Source: Callorhinchus milii (lineage: Eukaryota). Taken from it: a DNA stretch of 64,000 nucleotides. The stretch lies in the NCBI RefSeq assembly GCF_018977255.1, contig NW_024704743.1:67520001-67584000 (forward strand), in the 5' to 3' direction. The position numbers and the translations under genes are program-made. The notes below the pieces were generated by a model. That model was given only the letters and a program-made list of their open reading frames with translations, was not told the DNA's origin and did no database searches. Of this stretch, positions 47,914 through 61,210 are shown in pieces. Within the stretch, counting starts at the first letter, position 1; each line of letters begins with the position of its first letter.

Positions 47914-50732
47914 TCTTACAATTAATCCTCAGTTATCCTCAGTCCCTCAAAAGTATTAGTGAGTCTAATATTATTATTCCATCATAGTTTCTTCCTATGT
48001 CTTGTGAATTGTGGCAGGTTTAAAATCATTTCAAATTGTGCTTCAACAGTTGAACAGAGCTCAACAACAATAACAACTTGCATTTATATAGCGGCCTTCA
48101 TATGAGGCAGTGTCGTGGAGCCCCTAATTATTCTCAGAACTCTTAATTATTGCTCGCACGTTGAAGGATGAGATTGACTATTAATCTTGATAAAAGCCTC
48201 TTAATGGGACTACCCGCATCAGGCTGATAACCAATGAGAACATTATGGATGAGAATAACATCTTGCTGATAAGTTTACAATAACAACAAACAACAACAAA
48301 CTACATTTGTATAGTGCCTTTCTTGACAGGAGGACGTCCCAAGGCGCTGGATAGTCAGGGATTTGGACTTGAACAGGGGGTTGGGATCAGAAGGGGTGGA
48401 GAACAGGGGGGATAGGGACAGGACACCAATAACAACAACAATAACCTGCATTTATATTGAGCCCTTCATACAGAGAACTGTCTTGGAGCACTTTATACAG
48501 AGGCAATGTTAGACATTAAGTGAGGTTTGGGTGAGGGGTGGAGGGGGGGGCAAAGGTTTTTAACCATGTGACAAATATTTAATTTGCTTGACATTTTACA
48601 TATATACTGTACTAACAAGACTTTTCTCACTTATAGTTTGACTTTTTCTAATAATGAGTAGGCGAGGATAGGATTCAGCTCAGCTCTGCTACCCCTCAAT
48701 CGTATTGTCTGAAGGCTCAAAAACAAGTAATAACCACTTGGGTGAGCTACCAGGGTTGTCCGGTAGAAGGAAAGAGACTCTAATCCTTCAGGTAAAAATG
48801 GAGGGGGAATTGGTAAAGAATAATGTTTATTTTATGATGTTATGTAAATGAAAAACATATGCCCCGACATCATGGATGAATAATACCATGGTTCGTTTGG
48901 AAACATCTCATTGATACCTATAGTGAAAATATTTTTGAGACAGATTTTAAAAGAACTGCAACAGATGTAACAAATCTCACCGTCAAATTCATAAAACTAA
49001 CAGTAAATCTTCCACATGTCTAATAAGTTCCAATTCCTTCAAGATAACATAAGCATGTGATAATGCAGTTTGGTGTGAACCTCTCCCTGAAGGGAAATGC
49101 ACTGTTACTTTAAGGCAATACCAGAATTGATTTATTCACACTGCTTGCAACAGCATGTCTGTACAATTTAAATATGTAGCAAGCGGCTCCGGACTAAGTC
49201 CTTTCACTGCACCAGGCTTACTCTGTTGGTGAAGATCTTATGCTTTGGAATAGAAGCAATTTATCTCCCTTTAACACAGAACCTATCCACACTTCACATT
49301 TCAAAATCAAGCTTTACAACCTTGCCAATACGAGTTGTAGATAAGATGCAGACAATGGGATACAGTTTTGCCTTTCCCTTGTTCTTTTTTTAATCCATTA
49401 TCCTTTTATTTTGTCACTTTCCTTATCTCGGGTGGCCTCCATTGTCAATTTTGTAAAGGAGATGTCACTGTGATGTGAAAATTTTGTATATACTATATTA
49501 CAATATATTCATGTCATTGCAGTACTACCAATAGATTCACCCTTCACCAACAGAAAGAGTACTGCAACAGCAACAGTCTGCGCTTGGGCTTATTTTAGGT
49601 AATTTACAGGGTCATTTTTAGGAATGCAAAAAAACCCTGTGAAAAAGCACTGCTCTTTCATAATTCACTCGTTGCACAGCATTTTGTGCTAAATATGTGG
49701 GCAAATGAATTGAAAAAGTACGTAGCTTCTAAACATCCAAATTTTACTGAACTATTTATTTCTGTTGAGGATGAGGGAAAATGATGAAGTTACGCCATAT
49801 CCATTGGTGAAGAGATGCATTTGTTGAAATGTCTCAAAGCACTTCAGTTTTCTGTAAAGTGTATTTTGTCGGCAAACGTGACAGCCAAATGTCCCACATC
49901 AATGTCCCACAAACAGTCATGAAGTGAATGACTAGTTTTAACTGGGGAATTGTGGGCGAGGACACTGGGAGAAACTCACTCTCTTTTCAAATCATGCCAA
50001 GGAATCTTCAACATCCACATGAACAGGCAACGAAAGGACGTTCATTTAATGTCTCAGCCGAAGGATGGCGCCTCTGACAATGCGGTATTCTTTAAGCACT
50101 GCATCAGAGTGTTAAACTAGTTTTGAGCTCATCGTCCCTCAGTGAAGCTTGAACCAAAACCTTCTGACTCAGAAACAGCAACTGAGCCAAGCTGAGTGCT
50201 TTGCGGATGTCATTTTATACATTTGCAATGGTGGCAGTGAAACTATACATTTTTCAAAGACACAAACTTAAGACAATCACAGAAAGAATTAAAGAGGAAA
50301 GATATATTAGAGATACTTAAGAGTTCCTTACATTTTGGGCTGTGAGATTGTGACCTTTTCAGCTATATCCTTTTAAAGGGAATTAGAATAATGCTTGAAA
50401 TGGAGGAAAGTTTTTTTCATATAAGTATTTATAGTTGCCCTGAGTGATTTCACATTCTAGGGAGCTTCACTCCAAAGGAATAAAATGCCCACTTACATAC
50501 CATTCACATCAGTGCTATATTTGCAATGGCTCCATTAAAGCTTACACCAGCCACCCGGGTGGAAAGCGTCTGCTGCTGCACAGGCACTGCTTTGATAAGA
50601 ATAGTGAGTTCTTTAACATATGTTGACACTGATGAGATGGTATTTCAGACATTTCTGGCACAATAACATTGTTGATAATGTACTGAGACAAAAGGATTGA
50701 ATCTTTACAGTCATTCAAAGCATATTCATATT

Positions 50733-51580
50733 ACAACAACAACAAAATTACGTTTATAGAGCGCCTTTCACATCGGGAGGACGTCCCAAAGCGCTGAACA
50801 GTCAGATGTCAGGGCCTAAGCATGGGGGAGGGGTGGGGTAGGGGTGAGGGAAGGCAGAGGTGGGAGGGAGACCAAAGGCACGGTTGAAGAGAAGGGTCTT
50901 GAGACTGGCCTTGAAGGAGCCAAGGGAAGAAGTGAGGTGAAGGGACCGTGGGATGGAATTCCAAAGTGTGGGGGCAGAGAGGCTGAAAGCCCGGCCACCG
51001 ATGGTAGGGCAGGTCGAGCGGGAGACATGGAGCAGGCCGGCATCCGATGAATGGAGGGAGCGGGCAGGTTGGTAGGGAGTCAGCAAGTCAGAGAGGTAGG
51101 AGGGGGCAAGGCCATGGATGGCCTTAAAGGTGAGGACGAGGATCTTGAACTCGATCCTCTGGGGGATGGGGAGCCAGTGGAGTCGGGCGAGGGTGGGGGT
51201 GATGGGGTCACGGAGCCTGGTGCGTGAGAGTACACGAGCTGCAGAGTTTTAGATGATCTGCAGCTTGTGAAGGGAAGAGTTGGGAAGGACGATGAGAAGG
51301 GAGTTTCCATAATCGAGCCTTGATGTGACAAATGCATCGGTGAGGGTTTCGGCAGCCTGAGGGGTGAGGCAGCGGCGGAGTCTGGCAATGTTGCGGAGAT
51401 GGTGGTAGGCAGTGCTGGTTATGGCGCGGATGTGGGGGAGAAAGGACAGTTCAGGGTCAAACAAGACACGCACGTTCCTGACTGGCTTAGTGAGGTTGAG
51501 TGTGCAGCCGTGGAGGCTGATGCTGCCAGTGCCTGAGGTGTGGAGGCGCTGGCACGAGCCAATCAGGAGGGCCTCGGTCA
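50733..51580 (-). mobile_element. L2 3' fragment
   Basis: [18 protein letters not shown] and GGRAFS on the minus strand; (CAA)n tail. Confidence 0.93.
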
Positions 51581-51581
51581 A

Positions 51582-51819
51582 AGTACTACAGTTGCTGGAA
51601 ATCTGATATAAAAACAGAAGTCACTGGGATCATGCAGCAGGTCAGGCAACATCCATGGAGAGAGGAAAATTAGTTAATGTTTCAGGTCAATGACCTTTTG
51701 TCAGAACTGATGAAAGGTCATTGTTCTGATGAAAAGTCATTGACATGAAACGTTAACTAAATTTCCTCTCTCCATGGATGCTGCCTGTTCCCAGTGACTT
51801 CTGGGTTCATATTACAGAA
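51582..51819. mobile_element. Inverted-repeat element resembling a Penelope-like element terminus
   Basis: Arms 51643-51707/51723-51787 and 51615-51629/51789-51803 are reverse complements. Each arm carries a CTGA.(G/A)A...GAAAC motif. Confidence 0.7.
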
Positions 51820-53587
51820 CCACTTCTATTTGGTCTAGGATACCACTGTTGTGGAACAACAACAACAAAATTACATTCGTAAAGCGCCTTTCACATTGAG
51901 AGGTCATCCCAAGGCGCTGAATGTACCTCAGTCAGATTTTCTTTGGTCATGCAGATGTCTGACGCATGCGGAAACCCATTAAGAGTATCCAAATTAGACA
52001 AGAGTTCCATGCATGGCACCTACACCTGGAAATTCATGTGTCCCCAAAGGACATTTGGGAAACTTGCCTAATTCCAGAAGCATTAGGTTGGCAAGAGCCA
52101 AGGACTCCAAAGTATGCATTGAGGTTCTGATGGAGTTCAGCCAGCTAAAATTGCATATCTTGCCATTGAAATTACTTTGATAGTATGATAGTGAGGTGGA
52201 TTCCAAAATATAAACGACAATGGATAAACAGCTCCTTTATGGGGCTTTGAAGATGCAGTTGCTGCCTTGTTTCTCCTTTTCATGTTAATCCACTCAGCCC
52301 TCTGTAAACTGATGAAAGAGTACAACTGATGAAAGAGTACAAATTGGAACCTAGCCGGACCGGACCCCAAATAAATATATATTATTTAAATTTTGCAGCC
52401 TATGCATAGATTCCCGTCGCCTCAACTTTCCAAATGCCACCAACACTGCATTGTATGGCCTCACCATCCTTACCGGCCTTCCCAGTGCGCAGGAAATCAT
52501 CTTTGACTCAGATTGTTTCAATTCTATGAGCAGAAAATAGCTTATTTGCACATAAAAAAATGCAGTGTTGAAAAATATCAGTAAATGTCAGTACTGGTAT
52601 TGTATTTACACTTAGCCAGAAATTCCGGTTCACCAGACTGGATCTCAACCCCCTATTCAACCAGCTGGCTGGGGTTTAGCTGTATAACCTGTGAAGAGCT
52701 TTTGGATATCTTCCTAACTTGAAAAGCGCTGTAAAAATGCAAGGATTATTATTATTACTTGTGTGAACACCAATGAAAAGGTCTGAAAATAGGTATCAGA
52801 CTGGCTCAATTGGTAGAACTTTAGCCTTTGAATGAATAGGTTGTGGGTTCAAGCTCCATGTTGGGTCTTTGAATTCCAGTCCAGGTTGAAGCTCCAGTGC
52901 AGTGCTGGGAATGTTGCATTATCATAGGTGCCTTCCTTCGAATGAGACATCTGCCTGTTCAGGTAGACATTAAAAATCCCATGGCAGTACTTCAAAAGTG
53001 AAAGAAACTACTTTCTCTTGGTGTCCTGGCCAACAATCTTCCAGATCAAATTGGTCAATCATTTCATGACTCTTCGAGGGACATCACTGTGCGCAAATTT
53101 ACTGGCATGCTTGCCTACACAGTCACTACACTTCACAGTAAATCCTAAGACATCCTTAGAGATGGTTCCATCACATGGTAAGGCACTTATATCAAATGGA
53201 ATAAGTGTTATATTATTGAGCAGTTTTTTGTGGTATCATTCCCCTTTAAAGGAATCCAATTTAGAAATAATAATGGGCACCAGGCTGCTGAAAAAAATAT
53301 TTCAATGTGAAGTTGCAGAGTCCTTTCCTTCACACAAAGTCCACACCAGTTAGCCAATTTTAATTTATTGTCCGATAAGAGAGTGTTCTTTTAAAACCTG
53401 ATCATCGTGAACAGTGTAGGAATCAGCCTTCTTTTTAAGGCACCTACATTGCAGACAGGGCTAGCATTTTAATCATTTGTGGTACTTCCTTTGACAAAAT
53501 AATTTGGCTATTAGCTTAACCCTACCCTGAATGAAAGAACACAATGATAATTGTGTGACATCATTTACTCTCACATTGATGCACCTA

Positions 53588-53767
<180 letters not shown>

Positions 53768-53994
53768 TTAAAAGTACATTTCGGCATGAAGATACATAGC
53801 CAGAATCATTGGAAGTCAATCTCAATTCATTAGGAGTACATCAGTTAATGTTCTCAAAGCAATTAATCCCTGCTGCAAACCAGATTTAGGTTAAATATCA
53901 ATTTAGTGAAAAATTGGATATTTAATGAAATAGCTAATGACAAAATAAATAAAACTGGAAATAGGGAACCAAACAAATTTGACAATCTGGTGTG

Positions 53995-54400
53995 TCAGCT
54001 TTGCTCAGCAGTAGTACTCTCGTCTCTGGGACACAGGTTGTGGATTCAAGCCCCATGTCGGGACTTCAACTGACACTAGTCTAAACTGACACTGTAATGC
54101 AGTGCTGGGGATGAGGTACCATTCTATGAATGAATCGTTAAACCGAGATCCGTCTGTCTGTTCAGGTGGATGTTAAAGATCCCATGGCATTAAGCAAAAA
54201 GAGAGGGGAGTTTCTCCTGGTGTTCTGGGCAACAATCCCTAAATAAAATTGGTCACTCACTCCATATCTGTTCATGGAACATTGCTGTGTGCAATTCAGC
54301 TACTGCATTCGCTGACAAATACACAGTAAAATCCTTCACATAAAATCCTGTGATGCGCTCGACGTGAAAAGGTGCTATACCATATGCAAATTATTATTAT
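53995..54400 (+). mobile_element. Old Deu-domain SINE (SacSINE1/AmnSINE1-like), near full length; representative of many copies
   Basis: tRNA-like head, then Deu-type core (ctgacactgtaatgcagtgctg...gttaaaccgag...ttcaggtggatgttaaagatcccatggca). Other degenerate copies at ~5000-5140(-), 6225-6680(-), 8430-8820(-), 11430-11690(+), 12970-13335(-), 14510-14690(-), 43680-43920(-), 44355-44585(+), 49825-50195(-), 52797-53218(+), 57970-58295(+). Confidence 0.75.
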
Positions 54401-55007
54401 GTAAAATCTTTGCAGAAGAATATAATTCATGAATAGATTGGTAGATTATAATTAATGCTACATTTCTACAAGCAAGAGGCTAGAATAAAAAACACACACA
54501 CAAAAGGTTATGTTGGAACAAACTGTCCCTTGGGGTGAAGGTAAGTGGGCCTCTTTGGGGATGAATTGGCTCCAAGGTCACATAGAATATCAGGATCAAG
54601 TTGGTCTTCTGTCGTGATCTTGGTAATTGTTAGTCTGGTTCTTGAATCAGGTGGGTCTGCGGGACTACAAGGCATTTTGAAGGCATAGTGAAAATGGACC
54701 ATCCAGTCTGGCTCATCAGCAGGATTTGGAGAAACAGACCAGTCACTGGGGCAGAGATTTTTCCCGCTCAGTTCCTGTTAACCCTGCAAGCCCAAGCTCT
54801 AATGGGTGGTCCTAAATTGACAAGTAGCGGGAAACATACCCGTAGGTTAAAATTATTATTAGTAGTAGTAGAACCCATACTAAGGTCCCCAAGCTTGGTG
54901 CTATATCAAAATGCAATACTTGTCATTATTTATTATTATTCTCATTAGAATTATTATTAGTATTACAGAAAAAGACCTTCTTCTCAGGGATCAGCCTGAT
55001 GAATCGT

Positions 55008-55319
55008 GAGTCCTGTAGCTCAGTGGTTAGAGCACTCGCTTTGCAAGTGAGAGTCCTGAGTTCAATTCCAGGCAGGGCGAAACCTTGGGCAAGTTTCCTT
55101 ACTCCACACGCCTAATAATAATCCCTCCAAAAACAATAATAAATTGGTCATTTTCAATCTACGACTGTTTGTGGGACATTGCTGTGCGCAATTGGCTACC
55201 GCGTTCGCCCACAAATATACAGTCAATTCACTTTACAGTGTGTTCTGTGAAGCGCTTTGGGACGTCCGCCCGACGTGAAAAGCGCTATATCAAATGCAAG
55301 GATTATTATTATTATTATT
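55008..55319 (+). mobile_element. Young tRNA-derived SINE, full length
   Basis: Same family, with intact A/B boxes and tail. Confidence 0.95.
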
Positions 55320-56829
55320 TGCTTTCCTTTAAGGTCAGTGTATTGTTCCTAAGGTACTGTTCCCAGGACTGACCACAACACTCCAAATGGCATCTGCCCA
55401 CAATACCGTAAATGGGATTAAATACTCAACTCTTCGTATAATTACAGAACTTCCTTGTACTGCATATTCTCCACCGTTTCTGATTAAATTCCAGTGTCCT
55501 ATTAATCCTTTTGATTGCTTTCTAAATTCCACACTAGTTTTAATGACTTATGTACCTTATAATGCAAGTGACTGTTGAAGCCAAATTAATTATGTCATTG
55601 AAAAAGGAATTACCTAGAAGAGTAAAGATATAAAGGGAATGGTGAATGAACAGGAAAATAGCAGTAGACTAGATAACTCCAGTGGTGAGCCAAAATTTCA
55701 CCCACAACATATACAATCACTTTATAGTATATTCTGTGAAGCACTTTAAAATGTCTCAATGTTGTGATAAGGCACTATATAAAATGCAAGGATTATTATT
55801 TTTATTATTATTAAAATAGCAGAGACAATGGGCCAAAATGACCTATGCTGTAATTCTGTGATTGTATTTTTGGTATTCCTATGCATTGCAAAGAAAGATT
55901 TTACCACATATTATTCAACTTAAAGAGTTTTGGGTGTCAGTGTAGTGGTGAATGCAATAGCTAAATATTGGCAATTAATAATAATAAATAATAATGATCC
56001 TTGCATTCAATATAGTCCCTCATCACATCATCCAAATGTCTCAAAGGATTTCACTGTAAAGTGTAGCGACTGTATTTTTGTAGATGAACATGGCAGTCCT
56101 ACAACAACCATGAAGTGAACGATCAATTTTATCTAAGGGATTGTTGATCAGAAGACCAGGATGTATAGCACTCCTCCAGCACTCCCCAATACCAGATATT
56201 TAATTCATCACAGTAACAAAGTGAATGGAGCAATCCGGGACACAACCCTGTGTCAACGGCGCTATATAAATGCAAGTTGTTGTTGTTGTTGTCCTTCAGA
56301 CTTAGATTCTTTCTGTAAATTACAGTTAAAAATTATTGAAAATTATTAATCTATGTTTTACTGATTATTTCTCCCTAATATTAGGCAGCATTCTCTCATC
56401 CCCTGCATGGTCTTTGCCTTTGGCATTTTGAGCAAAAGTCAGAAATGGAGAAAAATGCTGGTAAATTGTTCCATTATTTATTTTGGTGCATGTTGTATTA
56501 ATATCTAATAGAATTTAGAAAATAAATATGAAAATCGAAAGTTAAGACAGTTTTATGGATATGAGTTAACTTTACCTAAACAGTTTAACACAGGAAAGTC
56601 TACCATTTAGATTTGTTTATGTTCAGAAGGAGTTGTAAATGGATTTGAAAATAGGTTTAGTCACAATGAAATGCAATCAATACAGCATGTCTTTAAAGTA
56701 GCTTTCGTTCAATAATATTTCACAATATTTGTGGCAGAAAGTTTATTAAACATGAAAATAAATTTTATTTCCTTTCAGTGCTATCAGGGTAAGGGGAGAA
56801 GGATGAGAGAGAAATTGCAACCAGCAGGA

Positions 56830-57141
56830 AATAATAATAATCCTTGCATTTGATATAGCGCTTTTCACTTCTTCCAGACGTCTCAAAACGCTTCACAGAA
56901 TATGATGTAAAGTGAATTGACTGTATATTTGTGGGGAAACATGGCAGCCAATTGTGCACAGCAGTGTTCCACAAACAGTCGTTGATTGAATTGACTTTTT
57001 TTTATTATTGTTTTTTTTCTTGAAGGATTATTATCAGGCGTGTGAAGTAAGTAAATTTGCCCAAGGTTTCGACCTGCCGGGAATCGAACCCCGTTCTCTC
57101 ACTTGTGACCTGAGTGCTCTAACCACTGAGCTACAGGACTC
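56830..57141 (-). mobile_element. tRNA-derived SINE, full length
   Basis: Reverse complement of the family consensus, more diverged. Confidence 0.92.
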
Positions 57142-58990
57142 TGTGGTTGTCGGAGAATGAAGTTGAAATAACATCAACATGAGGTGCCCGTGAGAAAACA
57201 TTAAAAGGCTTGATGATTTGAAGCCGTTTCTATTCAGTCGCGTGTTTTCATGCTGTGCATTTAAATTACTGACACTTGTTCACATGTTAAGCCTTGATCT
57301 GAGAAAAGTGTCTCTTTCCCTTTAGCTGTGCTCTCGAATTATTCCAGAACAAACGCTTCTGTTTGTTCCTGTTCTACGCGAGGTCCCACACAGGAGTTCT
57401 CTGCAATCCAAAGTAGGCTGCTAGGATCAGACAACTGGCTACAAAGCCGATGCATCTGTCCGACAAGACTTTAAATGACCATCCAGACTGTTTTAATCAA
57501 TGGGGCTGTCCTTCCGACTGCATTCAACATCACAGCTATTATAGTTTCTGAAGATATTTACTGCATTATTCAGGATTGATTGGAGAAAAATACACACGTT
57601 TACACTTTAATTATAGGGGACAAATGGATTCATTTTCAAAGGATTTTCATATGCTGATAATTTGCAATCAACTGTTTGCTTGGCATTTGTAAACAATTAC
57701 AACTGTGCACCTGGCTTTAATTTGGAAATCTGAGCAATCTGTACCGTTGGCTCACCAAGCACTTAAAAACAAATATAACTAGTATGTCCTTTGGGTGTGC
57801 ATAATTTATATTCGATAAACAATCCATATTAAATTTCTTTTAATGTGATTTTAATCTTGTATTTACAATCAGTCATGGACAATCTTGCATTTGTAAGAGA
57901 TATGAGTGAGAGCTGGAATGTAGGATTAATGAATAAAAATGAAATTTAGCAAAACAGATATTTTATTGTCGAGGCTGAAGTTCCAATGCAGTGCTGTAGT
58001 GTGTTATATTGTCGGAGGTGCCTTCCTTCAGATAAGGTGTTAAACTACCTGTTAAGGTAGACATTAAAGATCTGATGGCACTATTCAAAAACAAAAGGTA
58101 ATTTCTCCTGGTGTCCTGCCCAACAATCCTCCAGGTAAGATGTGTCAATCACATCATGGCTGCTGGTGGGACTTTCTTGTGTGCAAATTGTCTGCCATGT
58201 TCGACTACAAATATAATACACTTTACAGCAAATGTTGGGAAGCACTTTGTCTGGACAACATGATAAAGTGATATATCAAATCCAAGGATTATTATTTTAA
58301 TTCTAGTCCAAATCAGCAACCTGTAGTTCCTTGGTAACATTAAAAGTACAAAGTAATCCTAGCAAATACATTAACTTCAAACTTTTGTTTTTAAATTGAT
58401 TTTAAGGTTTAAAAATGAACACTTAAAGCACACGTTACTCCACTAAATGATCAATACGTTTGATTCAATTTATCTGAATATTACATTTCAAGAGAGTTAA
58501 GTACAAGAGAGTTAATTTACAAGAGTTAAGTTAGGTTCACTATAGAAATACAATAGAAAGGAAGTTATTTAAAAGGCATTACAGAAACAGTCTATAAAAG
58601 CAGTTTTTGTAGTGTGTCCTTTCAGGTTTCACTAATAATAATCTTTGCATTTGAAATAATAATAATAATTCTTGCATATGATATGGCGCTTTTCAGGTCT
58701 TCTAGACATCTCAAAGCACTTCACAGAGTATACTGTAAAGTGATTTGACTGTATATTTGTAGGCGAAACGCGCCAATTGCGCACAGCAGTGTCCCACAAA
58801 CAGTCGTGGATTGAGTGACCAAATTATTATTGTTTTTTTTAAGGCATTATTACCACCCGGAAAAGCGATCTGTCAATTGACTGATAACCGGGTTCCTACT
58901 CACTGCTAGGTAAACATTACTGTATCAATTCAGAACCCCAAACTTGTTGCTCAAACTGTGAAGTGCTCTGGATTTCACAATTGGATTCAA

Positions 58991-59116
58991 CTGGAGTACT
59001 GTATTCAGCTGGAGTACTGTATTCAGCTGGAGTACTGTATTCAGCTGGAGTACTGTATTCAGCTGGAGTACTGTATTCAATTGGAGTACTGTATTCAGCT
59101 GGAGTACTGTGTTCTG
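58991..59116. repeat. Minisatellite, 7 x 18 bp (CTGGAGTACTGTATTCAG)
   Basis: Seven tandem units read directly, with no spacers. Confidence 0.97.
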
Positions 59117-59234
59117 ACCACAACAGCATAGGGGCTGTCCTAGAGGAAATTTAGAGATTCACACCAAGGCCAATCCCCAGTGATAAAAGGTTAGGCTAAA
59201 AGGAACAACAATTAGAATTCTTTCAAAGTGAAAC

Positions 59235-59530
59235 ATCTCAGTATTTAACAATATGTAAGATGCTCAATGAAATAGAGAAAGTGAACCAGGAGCAATGCTT
59301 TCAAAAATACCAAAGCAACAAGACAAGTGGGCTGTGAAAGACAATTTTAGGGTAGGCACAGGGTAGTATTTCTTGACATAGAGAGTAAAAAGATAATGGC
59401 TGGGTTTTTACCAGGAAGGGTGGTACTAGGGTACTGGACTTATTTAAAAAGCAGTTTGATGCAGTAATGGCGAAAAGTAGGATGGGTCTTCTGCAGGGTT
59501 GAGATTAGAAGGGCTGAAGGACCTTCTTCA
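59235..59530 (+). mobile_element. Degenerate CR1 3' end
   Basis: Residual similarity to the CR1 ORF2 terminus and 3' UTR (agaagggctgaaggaccttcttc). Confidence 0.55.
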
Positions 59531-59535
59531 TCTAG

Positions 59536-59866
59536 CCTACCTTGTACTCTGACCACCAGGTGTAACTGCGGTGTGTGTGCACATGTATGTGCTCTGTGAT
59601 GTACGATGCCACCGCACCACTTTGACTCGGTGGCCACCAGGTGTAACTGCAGCGAAAAACGCAAAACCCAAAATAACTAATGAACGATAGGAGATACTGG
59701 AGAACAAATATGTCCATGTCACTTCCAGTTCCAAGACCTTTCTGATGAAGTATAGATCATGTCTCTATGTTAATCGGTTATTGAGATCCTTCTTGAAGCG
59801 CAGACAGACATTGTCATTTTATTAGTATATATAGAAGATAGAAAATAGAAGATAGAAGAAGATAGA
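59536..59866 (-). mobile_element. Probable non-autonomous Helitron remnant
   Basis: Minus strand begins A|TCTATCTTC...TCTTCTATATATACTAATAAAATGACAATGTCTGTCTG, a typical Helitron 5' end with a short CTGT repeat. The 3' end is not canonical. Confidence 0.55.
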
Positions 59867-59867
59867 T

Positions 59868-60140
59868 GAGTTGTCCTCTCTCAAGACTAAAGAGCCTTAG
59901 CTTGTCTAATCTTTGCTCATACTTCCTTGTTGTAACACTGGGGAATCAACTTCATTGCTCTCTTCTGCACCCACACCAGGGCCTAGGCAGCACCTTTGTG
60001 TTGCCGTGACCAGAACTGTATGCAGCATTCAAGGCATGGTTTGACCAGAACACTGTACAGCCTGAATATGATGTCTGGGGATCTAAACTCAACTTTACCA
60101 ATATAGCCCAATATTCTATTTGCCTTGTTCGCAACATACA
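59868..60140 (-). mobile_element. CR1 fragment
   Basis: NKANRILGYI...LYSVLVKPCLECCIQFWS. Confidence 0.8.
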
Positions 60141-61019
60141 TTCCTTCCCAGTTCTCTCTAACGCAACTGAAAAAATAACTAATAAGGAGGCACAGAGAGG
60201 TATAACACATAATTCTATTGTATAGTGTTGGCAAGTGTTTTTTATATCATTCTGTACAGCACCAAGGGTGCAACAAAATAATTAGTGTCAGTGCTACGCA
60301 GAGCTCTCTGTACTGACTCTGTGCTTGTATACATATTGATAGACTAAGGACTCGAGTCTGAAGATTTGGCCTCTAAGGCATCAAATTAAATTTTGTACAA
60401 AATTAGGTTGCTGAGCAAAAATTATTTTTGAGTTATTAAGACTGAATATTTTTTGTAATACACTCTATTTAATTGTATCTATCAATATGAAATGAAATAA
60501 GGTACTGGTAACAACAGAAATTAATTCATGTCAAGAGTGTAACATCGATTTAGAGACAGGTAACCTTCTCACACACAGTAATGAAGCAATTTATTTTTAT
60601 TCCAGTAAGCAAATATTTTGTGACAGCTCACTTATTTTATGGCTTCCAAAGTAGAATATTAAACCTGTTTTATACTGTATAGATACAACAACTTGCGTTA
60701 TATAATGCCCTTCACTCTGGGTAGTAATTTGGAGCTTTTAAGATACAAATTGTTAAAGAGATTTGTGCTGTTTTGAATTGTCTAATACTAAATATAATCC
60801 TTGCATTTAATATTGTGCATTTCACATAAGGAGGACAACTCAAAGTGCTACACAGGATTTACTGTAAAGTGTCTGACTTCATTTTGTAACCAGTCAATTT
60901 ACGCTTAACAAGACCGCACAAACAACCATGAATCAACTTTATCTGATTCTGTGTGAATAAAGTGCAGCCACTGTGATCTTTGCCAGGGTTATATCCACTT
61001 CAGTAAAACATGTCTACAA

Positions 61020-61210
61020 TTTCCATCTGCATTTGTATGGTGCCTTTCATGTCGGGAAGATGTCCCAAGGAGCTGGACAATCTGGGCTTCAGACCTGAAC
61101 TGGGGGTCGGGATCGGGGAGGGTGGAGGGCAGGGGAGGAAGGAGGGTGACCGAAGGCACGGTTGAAGAGGAGGGTCTTGAGATTGGCCTTAAAGGAGGCA
61201 AAGGAAGGGG
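61020..61210 (-). mobile_element. L2 3' end fragment
   Basis: FKANLKTLLFNRAF plus 3' UTR. Confidence 0.8.

Noticed and set aside
52307..52340. 17-bp tandem duplication containing CTGATGA
   Set aside because: No stem II or GAAA core for a hammerhead; an ordinary microduplication.
58917..59154. ORFs with (TPAEYS)n or (SAGVLY)n repeats; possible CRISPR-like array
   Set aside because: These are translations of an 18-bp minisatellite, with no spacers, no splice or protein evidence, and a eukaryotic context.
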